DNA of 64,000 bases from Alphaproteobacteria bacterium (GTDB taxonomy: Bacteria > Pseudomonadota > Alphaproteobacteria > UBA828). The notes beneath the pieces were generated by a model, which saw nothing but the letters and a program-made list of their open reading frames with translations, did not search any database and was not told the DNA's origin. The translations under genes were made by a program, and so were the position numbers. This document shows positions 55,444-64,000 of this stretch, in pieces. Location of the stretch: positions 128,001 to 192,000 of the forward strand of contig CBDCQT010000011.1 in NCBI GenBank assembly GCA_965220745.1, in the 5' to 3' direction. Numbering within the stretch: position 1 is the stretch's first letter; every line of letters begins with the position of its first letter.

Positions 55444-56408
55444 CAGGGTTGGTCAGCGGCGCGCGCCGCCTTCTCCGTTCGGTAGAGCGTGTTGAGGAAT
55501 GCAAGCACGACGATGTTGATCAGGATCAGGATGAGGAAGCCGTAGGCCGCCATCAGGCCGAGATGGCCCTGCTCGAAGATGGTGTAGTCATAGACGCTCG
55601 CCATCAGCGTCGACGACCCCGGCCCGCCCTTGGTCATGATGAAGTTGAGATCGAAGATGCGGATCGAATCCACGAGCCGGATCAGGATCACCACCATGAT
55701 GACCGGGCGGATCAGCGGAATCACGATGCGCGTGTAGAAGGTGACGCCGCGCACCCGGTCGAGCCGCGCGGCCTCCGTAATCTCCGGCGAGATGCTCTGC
55801 ATGCCGGCCAGTAAAATCAGCGCGATGAAGGGCGTCCACTGCCAGCAGTCGACCAACATCAGCGTCATCAGCGCCGTATCCTTGTGCGAGAGCCAGGTCC
55901 ACTTCTCGAGGCCGAAGCCGGTGTTGAGGATCCAGTTGGCGAGGCCAGAGACCGGCTCGAAGATGAAGCGCCAGGTAAGCCCCATGGCGATGGGCGAGAT
56001 GAACACCGGGATGATGATGAGCGTGCGCAGGAGACCCGCGCCCTGCATCTTTCGGTCGAGCAGGACTGCGAGGAAGAAGCCGAGGACCATCTGGATCGAA
56101 ACGACGACGACGGCCCATATCACCGTCAGCTCGATGCTGTTCCAGAAGCGGCGGTCCTCAAACAGGTCGTTGTAGTTGCGCCAGCCGACGAAGCGCGCGA
56201 CGTCCGGGTTGTAGAGCGGGTCGACCTTGAAGGAGAGCGTGCCTGAGAAGATCAGGGGGAAAATTGCGAGTGCGAGCAGGACAATGACGCAAGGCGCGAG
56301 CAGCAGGTAAGCCGTGCGCCGCTGCTGCCGAGCGACGGCGCCCGGCCGCCCCTGTCGAGGCGGCCCGGCCGCTCGGGACGGCCGGGCCTCGACGGTAAGT
56401 GCGGTCAT
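55443..56408 (-). CDS. carbohydrate ABC transporter permease
   Basis: FVGWRNY, WQWTPF, EAARLD, TKGGPG. Confidence 0.92.
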   Translation of the reverse strand: MTALTVEARPSRAAGPPRQGRPGAVARQQRRTAYLLLAPCVIVLLALAIFPLIFSGTLSFKVDPLYNPDVARFVGWRNYNDLFEDRRFWNSIELTVIWAVVVVSIQMVLGFFLAVLLDRKMQGAGLLRTLIIIPVFISPIAMGLTWRFIFEPVSGLANWILNTGFGLEKWTWLSHKDTALMTLMLVDCWQWTPFIALILLAGMQSISPEITEAARLDRVRGVTFYTRIVIPLIRPVIMVVILIRLVDSIRIFDLNFIMTKGGPGSSTLMASVYDYTIFEQGHLGLMAAYGFLILILINIVVLAFLNTLYRTEKAARAADQP

Positions 56409-56448
56409 GCCCGAGGCTCCGAGGAGCCCCTGGCCCTACACGCGATGG

Positions 56449-57873
56449 CTAGACGTAGCCGCTGTCCTCCATGATGCGCTGGGTCCGCTTCTCCATGGCG
56501 GCGAGCGCATCCTCGATGCTCTGCTCCTCGTTGACCGCGTCGGCGACCTCCTCGCCCATGGCACCCATGATGGCGTAGGCCTCCGGTATCACCGGCGCGT
56601 TCACCACGCAGACCGGATAGGCCTTCATGAGGCCCACAAAGAAGGGCTTGCGGTCGGACCAGCGGCTGAGCGTGGAACGCCGCGAGAGCTGGCCGCCGGC
56701 CCCCACGATCGCATCCGCGATCAGGGAACTGCCGCCCAGATCCTCGTTGTCGCCCGAGTTGAGGAACTTGATCCAGGCGAACGCGGTCTCGCGATTGCCG
56801 CCCCAGGTCGGCATGAACTGACCGAACCCGCCGGTAAGCGCGCGGTGCCCGCCCTTTTCCCCGGTGCCTCTCGGCGAGAGATCCATGTGCCAGTGCTCGT
56901 GCAGGTCGGTGTACGTCGGGTCGTTGAGCACCGCCGTGCCCCAGGTCAGCGGGCTGTAGAGCGCCGTGCCCTGGGCGAACACCAGGTTCACCTCGTCCTC
57001 GCCGGCATTGGCGGAGACCGGATGGGCGTACTTCTGGAGATCGACCAGCACCTTGAGCGCCTGGTAGCCCTCTTCGGTGTTGATCGCCACCGTCCAGTCC
57101 TGGTTGACCTCGTCCACAAAGACGTCGCCGCCCATGCTGCGCAGAGAGCCGTAGTACTGGTAGCCGGCCCAGAAGTTGCGCGCCATCGCCGCACAATAGG
57201 CGTAGCGCTCGTTGGCCGGGTCGTGGATCTCCTTGCAGGCGTCGATCACGTCGTCCCAGGTCTCCGGCACCGGGATGCCGGCGCTCTCGAAGACGTCCTT
57301 GCGATAGAAGGTCATCATCGCGTTGCCGTCCGGCGCTAGCGCTGCGATGTAGCCTGGCGGTGCCGGCCCCTTGGGCAGGTTCCACATGTGCCGGTAGGCC
57401 TCCGGCACATCCTGCTCGTAGTCCGCAAGCCAGTCTGGGAACGGCTCCAGGTAGGGGCCGAGGTCGGTCAGCGCGCCCATCGCGTCGAGGGCTGCGAACT
57501 GCGCGTGGTCCTGCGTGATGACATCGAACGCATCGCTCTTGGACCGCATGTAGGTGTTGATCTGGGTCAGCGCCTCGCTCATCGGCTTGGAGACGACCTC
57601 CAGCTCGACGTTGGGGAACACCTTGTCGAAGAGCGGCTTGACCGCCCTCAAGGAGTTCGCGAGCCGTTTGCCGGACGACGCGAAGTGGACGATGGTGCCG
57701 CCGACGTCGGCGTGCACCTCCTTCGGCACGAACTGCGACGCCAGCGTTGCGCCCAGTGCCGTCGCAGCTGAAGCCTTGAGCACCTGGCGGCGGGTCAGCT
57801 CCCGCTCGCGGAAGTGCTTTATGCGCTTCATCGCGCTGTCGTAGGCCCTGCTATCGTGGTCTGAATTCCGCAT
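56449..57873 (-). CDS. carbohydrate ABC transporter substrate-binding protein, Tat-exported
   Basis: TRRQVLK twin-arginine motif, h-region and VHA cleavage site; FYRKDVF..AGI.VPETWD. Confidence 0.88.
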   Translation of the reverse strand: MRNSDHDSRAYDSAMKRIKHFRERELTRRQVLKASAATALGATLASQFVPKEVHADVGGTIVHFASSGKRLANSLRAVKPLFDKVFPNVELEVVSKPMSEALTQINTYMRSKSDAFDVITQDHAQFAALDAMGALTDLGPYLEPFPDWLADYEQDVPEAYRHMWNLPKGPAPPGYIAALAPDGNAMMTFYRKDVFESAGIPVPETWDDVIDACKEIHDPANERYAYCAAMARNFWAGYQYYGSLRSMGGDVFVDEVNQDWTVAINTEEGYQALKVLVDLQKYAHPVSANAGEDEVNLVFAQGTALYSPLTWGTAVLNDPTYTDLHEHWHMDLSPRGTGEKGGHRALTGGFGQFMPTWGGNRETAFAWIKFLNSGDNEDLGGSSLIADAIVGAGGQLSRRSTLSRWSDRKPFFVGLMKAYPVCVVNAPVIPEAYAIMGAMGEEVADAVNEEQSIEDALAAMEKRTQRIMEDSGYV

Positions 57874-58053
57874 ATGCGCCTCCCCTAGGGTGTCTGCGTC
57901 GGGCAGATGGAAGCCTCCCCATCTGCAAAAACGCTAGCACGGATGACTCACCAGGGTCACGGCCTGCGTTCTCGTCCAAGCGCGTCTGTCCTTTCCGCAC
58001 GCGGCGTGTAGACTGCGCGCCGGCACGCACCTTCACGATTCGGGAGCAAGGCC

Positions 58054-58668
58054 TTGTTCAAATCCAGATTGCGGCGGCTCTCGGTCTTTCTCGCGCTTGC
58101 CGTCGCGGCGGGGAGCATGATGACTAACCAGACCGAGACCCAAGCCGACGAGGGCGCAAGCCCTCTCGTCACCTTCGAGACCACACACGGCTCGTTCTCC
58201 GTCGCGCTGGAGCCCGAATCCGCGCCCAAGACGGTCGAGAACTTCCTCACCTACGTGCGAGACGGGCACTACGACGGGACCATCTTCCACCGCATCATCG
58301 CGGGCTTCATGATCCAGGGCGGTGGCTACGACGAGCGTTACCAGCAGCTGCCGACCCGCGCGCCGATCGAGAACGAAGCGCCGGACGCACCGGGTAACGA
58401 CCGGGGAACGATCGCCATGGCGCGCACGGCCGATCCTCACTCCGCCACGGCGCAGTTCTTCATCAACGTGGTCGACAACGACTTCCTCAACCATCGCGGC
58501 AAGAACCCGCAAGGCTGGGGCTACGCCGCGTTCGGCCGGGTGGTCGACGGCATGGAGACGGTGGACCGCATTGCCGCGCTGCAGACCGGACCCGGCGGCC
58601 CGTTCCCGAGCGACGTGCCGAAAGAGGCCGTGGTCATCGAGAAAGTGACGGCGGGGCCCGGCGCCTGA
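58054..58668 (+). CDS. cyclophilin-type peptidyl-prolyl isomerase with signal peptide
   Basis: APKTVENF, FHRII.GFMIQGGG, AMART..PHSATAQFFIN, GYAAFG. Confidence 0.93.
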   Translation: MFKSRLRRLSVFLALAVAAGSMMTNQTETQADEGASPLVTFETTHGSFSVALEPESAPKTVENFLTYVRDGHYDGTIFHRIIAGFMIQGGGYDERYQQLPTRAPIENEAPDAPGNDRGTIAMARTADPHSATAQFFINVVDNDFLNHRGKNPQGWGYAAFGRVVDGMETVDRIAALQTGPGGPFPSDVPKEAVVIEKVTAGPGA

Positions 58669-58704
58669 CCGCCAAGCGCTGAACCTCGACCAGCGGTCCG
58701 GGCG

Positions 58705-60309
58705 ATGCAGGCCGACCATCAAGCGGACTACATCGTCGTCGGCGCCGGCTCGGCCGGGAGCGTCGTCGCCGCACGTCTCTCCGAGGACGGACGGCGGCGG
58801 GTGCTGCTGCTGGAAGCCGGCGGTTCGGACCGCCGCCTCGCCATCCTCATGCCGGCAGCAACCATGCTGCTGGCGATCACCAATCCACGTTACGACTGGC
58901 GCTTCATGGCGGAGCCGGACCCCACCCGCAACGGCCGCGCGGATTTCATGCCGCGCGGCAAGGTGCTGGGCGGCACCAGCTCGATCAACGCCACCTCGTT
59001 CATTCGGGGCGCGCCGGAGGATTACAATGGCTGGGCGGCGCTCGGCTGTCGAGGCTGGGACTTCGACACCGTGCTGCCCCACTTCCGCCGGCTGGAGGAT
59101 TACGAGGGCGGTGCCAACGAGTACCGTGGCACCGGCGGCCCGCTTTCGGTCTCCCACATCCGCTCGGTGCATCCGCTCTCCCGCGCCTTGATCGAGAGCT
59201 GCGTCAAGGCGGGCATGACGTTCCGGGAGGACATCAACCTCCCGCCGCAGATGGGCGTTGGGTACATGCAGGCCAGCCAGCGCAAGGGCTGGCGGCACAG
59301 CGCGTCGCGCGCGTATCTCTGGCCGGCCAAGGGCCGCGACAACCTGCGCATCGTGACCCACGCGCAGGCGCTGGGCCTCACGTTCGAGGGCACCCGCGCC
59401 ACGGGCGTCGAATACCTGCGCCGGGGCAAGCGCAGGCGCGCAATCGCCTCCAAAGCGGTCGTTCTTTGCGCGGGCAGCTTCGGCTCGCCGCAGCTTCTGA
59501 TGCTCTCTGGCGTCGGCCCTGCGACGCACCTGCGCGAGCACGGCATCGAGGTCCGCCACGATCTCCCCGGCGTCGGCGAGAACATGCAGGACCATGCCGG
59601 GATCAGCCAGACCATGTGGGTCAACCACACCACCTACAACGTGCAGACCGGGCCGCTCAGCGCAATGGTCTACGGCGCCCAGTGGCTGCTGACCGGTACC
59701 GGGCCCGGATCGACGCCCATCGCCCAGGTCTGCGGCTACAGACGCTGCGATCCCAGCAAGTCGCGCAGCCACGTACAGTATCTCTTCTCGCCGGCGGGCT
59801 ACGACTTGACCGAAGACGGGCCGGAGGTGTTCGAGAGGCCCGCGATTACGGGACTTACCAATCTGCACAGGCCCTATTCAGCCGGCACGGTGCGCCTCGC
59901 GTCCGCCGATCCGCTCAAGCAGCCTGCGATCCAGCCCAACCTCTTCGCCGACGAACGCGACATCGAAACCCTGATTCTGGGCTCTCGCTTCTTCCGCACG
60001 GTGCTCGAGAGCGAGCCCATCGCGGGCTACATCGTGGGCGAGCACCTGCCCGGCAAAGACGTGCAGAGCGACGACGAGTGGACCGACTACATCCGCGCCC
60101 ACGCCATGGGCGTCTATCACCCCGCCGGCACCTGCAAAATGGGGCATGACCCCATGGCGGTGGTGGACGACGGCCTCAAGGTGCACGGGCTTGACGGGCT
60201 CTACGTCGCCGATGCCTCGATCATGCCCACGGTCGTCAGTGCCAACCTCAACGCCACCTGCATTATGATCGGCGAGCGCGCGGCGGAGATGGTTCGCGCC
60301 GCCACGTGA
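58705..60309 (+). CDS. GMC oxidoreductase (choline dehydrogenase-like)
   Basis: VGAGSAG, RGKVLGGTSSIN, GVGENMQDH, YHPAGTCKMG, ANLNA. Confidence 0.92.
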   Translation: MQADHQADYIVVGAGSAGSVVAARLSEDGRRRVLLLEAGGSDRRLAILMPAATMLLAITNPRYDWRFMAEPDPTRNGRADFMPRGKVLGGTSSINATSFIRGAPEDYNGWAALGCRGWDFDTVLPHFRRLEDYEGGANEYRGTGGPLSVSHIRSVHPLSRALIESCVKAGMTFREDINLPPQMGVGYMQASQRKGWRHSASRAYLWPAKGRDNLRIVTHAQALGLTFEGTRATGVEYLRRGKRRRAIASKAVVLCAGSFGSPQLLMLSGVGPATHLREHGIEVRHDLPGVGENMQDHAGISQTMWVNHTTYNVQTGPLSAMVYGAQWLLTGTGPGSTPIAQVCGYRRCDPSKSRSHVQYLFSPAGYDLTEDGPEVFERPAITGLTNLHRPYSAGTVRLASADPLKQPAIQPNLFADERDIETLILGSRFFRTVLESEPIAGYIVGEHLPGKDVQSDDEWTDYIRAHAMGVYHPAGTCKMGHDPMAVVDDGLKVHGLDGLYVADASIMPTVVSANLNATCIMIGERAAEMVRAAT

Positions 60310-60347
60310 TTATCGCCGCCGGAAAGAACCTCCAGGGAGGACCCCCC

Positions 60348-60656
60348 ATGCCCTTTGCTCTCGCCGCCACGCTCAGGATCAAGAAGAAGCACGTCGCCGA
60401 ATTCACCCGGCTGGTGAAGCGCCACGCCAACAACACCGTCACCAAGGAGCCAGGCTGCATCAGCTTCGAGGTCAGCGTCGACCGCGACGACCCGCGACGC
60501 TTCATCTTCTACGAGGTCTACGTCGAGGAGGCCGATTTCGACGCCCACTGCGAGACGCCTTGGCTCAAGCGCCAGATGGAGCGGACGGCCCATATGATCG
60601 ATGGTGAGGTGGAGATGGTGGGCTTCGGCCACCGCATTGCCGCACCCAACAAGTAG
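60348..60656 (+). CDS. antibiotic biosynthesis monooxygenase (ABM/LsrG-like) protein
   Basis: SD GGAGG; EPGCISFEV, FIFYEVY...FDAH..TP. Confidence 0.85.
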   Translation: MPFALAATLRIKKKHVAEFTRLVKRHANNTVTKEPGCISFEVSVDRDDPRRFIFYEVYVEEADFDAHCETPWLKRQMERTAHMIDGEVEMVGFGHRIAAPNK

Positions 60657-60695
60657 CGTCCCGCCCACTGCCGGCCGCACGGCGCCGGCCGGGCA

Positions 60696-62693
<1,998 letters not shown>

Positions 62694-62709
62694 CGCCGCC
62701 TCTCGTCCT

Positions 62710-64000
62710 CTACAACGGGATGTTCCCGTGCTTCTTCCACGGGTTCTCCAGCCGCTTGGTACGCAGTGTCTCAAAGGCTCGGGCGACGCGGGCGCGGGTC
62801 TCCTGCGGGCGAATCACATCGTCGATGAAGCCACGGCTTGCAGCGACGAAGGGGTTGGCGAAGGTGCGGCGGTATTCCTCTGTCTTGGCCTCGACGGCGG
62901 CGGGGTCGTCAAGCGAGCCGCGGAAGATGATCTCCACCGCGCCTTGGGGACCCATGACCGCGATCTCCGCCGTGGGCCACGCGTAGTTGAGGTCGCCACG
63001 CAGGTGTTTCGACGCCATCACGTCATAGGCGCCACCATAGGCCTTGCGCGTGATCACCGTGACCTTGGGCACCGTCGCCTCGGCGTAGGCGTAGAGCAGC
63101 TTCGAGCCGTGGGTGATGATGCCGCCGTATTCCTGGTCTGTGCCGGGCAGGAATCCCGGCACGTCGACGAAGGTAAGCAGTGGGATGTTGAAGCAATCGC
63201 AGAAGCGGACAAAGCGCCCCGCCTTGCGCGACGATGCGATGTCGAGGCAGCCGGCGAGCACGGTCGGCTGGTTTGCGACGATGCCAATGGTGCTTCCCCC
63301 GATCCGGCCGAAGCCGGTGATGATGTTCTGCGCATACGCGGGCTTCAGCTCGAAGAAGTCGCCCTCGTCAACCACCTTCGCGATCAGCTCCTTCATGTCG
63401 TATGGCTGGTTGGGGTTGGCCGGCACCAGCCTGTCGAGCGAGGGCTCCACGCGAGTCACAGGGTCCGTGGTTGGCCACGTGGGCGGCTGCTCACGGTTGT
63501 TGGCGGGCAGGAAGTCGATGAAGCGCCGGGTCTCGGCCAGCGCCTCGACATCGTTCTCGAAGGATTGGTCGGCGACGCCGGAGCGGCCGGTGTGAGTGCC
63601 CGCGCCGCCCAGTTCCTCGTGGGTCACCACTTCGTGGGTGACGGTCTTCACCACATCCGGCCCGGTCACGAACATGTAGGCGCTGTCCGCAACCATGAAG
63701 ATCGCATCGGTCATGGCGGGCGAGTAAACCGCGCCGCCGGCGCAGGGGCCCATGACGACCGAGACCTGGGGCACCACGCCCGACGCCAGCACGTTGCGTT
63801 GAAACACCTCGGCATAGCCAGCAAGCGAGGCCACGCCCTCGTGAATTCGCGCGCCGCCAGAATCGTTGAGTCCCACGACCGGCGCGCCCACCCGCATGGC
63901 GTGGTCCATGATCTTGCAGATCTTCTCCGCATGCGCCTCGCTCAGCGAGCCTCCGAACACGGTAAAGTCCTGGCTGAAGACGAAGACCAAGCGCCCGTTG
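62710..64000 (-). CDS. pccB: propionyl-CoA carboxylase beta subunit; 5' end outside window
   Basis: [46 protein letters not shown]. Confidence 0.92.
   Translation of the reverse strand, partial: NGRLVFVFSQDFTVFGGSLSEAHAEKICKIMDHAMRVGAPVVGLNDSGGARIHEGVASLAGYAEVFQRNVLASGVVPQVSVVMGPCAGGAVYSPAMTDAIFMVADSAYMFVTGPDVVKTVTHEVVTHEELGGAGTHTGRSGVADQSFENDVEALAETRRFIDFLPANNREQPPTWPTTDPVTRVEPSLDRLVPANPNQPYDMKELIAKVVDEGDFFELKPAYAQNIITGFGRIGGSTIGIVANQPTVLAGCLDIASSRKAGRFVRFCDCFNIPLLTFVDVPGFLPGTDQEYGGIITHGSKLLYAYAEATVPKVTVITRKAYGGAYDVMASKHLRGDLNYAWPTAEIAVMGPQGAVEIIFRGSLDDPAAVEAKTEEYRRTFANPFVAASRGFIDDVIRPQETRARVARAFETLRTKRLENPWKKHGNIPL

Noticed and set aside
57903-57945. Hairpin plus A-run as intrinsic terminator, or TTTTTGCA as a sigma54 -12 element
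   Set aside because: On the transcribed minus strand the U-run precedes the stem; the invariant GG at -24 is missing

Overview
High-GC, gene-dense (about 68 CDS) chromosomal segment, most consistent with an Alphaproteobacterium (Rhodospirillales-like). The placement rests on the rplU-rpmA-obg-proB-proA-nadD-rsfS-rlmH block, msbA-lpxJ-waaA-lpxK-lpxL, ubiK/DUF1244, cysK-alaX-sseA and etfBA-hbd. The rest is accessory catabolism: acyl-CoA dehydrogenases, a thiolase, two tandem Baeyer-Villiger monooxygenases coupled to sugar-metabolism genes, putrescine uptake and gamma-glutamylation, a Tat-exported sugar ABC system, a GMC oxidoreductase and pccAB. There is one HigBA toxin-antitoxin module. I recognised no rRNA, tRNA, CRISPR array, integrase or transposase. 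Best leads: (1) an elongated OprI/Lpp-type Ala-zipper lipoprotein ending in Lys, convergent with an ErfK/YbiS-type L,D-transpeptidase, i.e. a candidate Braun-type outer membrane-peptidoglycan tether in an alphaproteobacterium; (2) rsfS apparently starting at an ATA codon behind a strong SD, and an LLM monooxygenase apparently starting at CTG; (3) a dehydrogenase/NagB-fold/ROK kinase/BVMO operon; (4) TPR-2OG-Fe(II) oxygenase and glutaredoxin-DinB fusion proteins. All product calls come from motif and family recognition by eye; no database searches were run.
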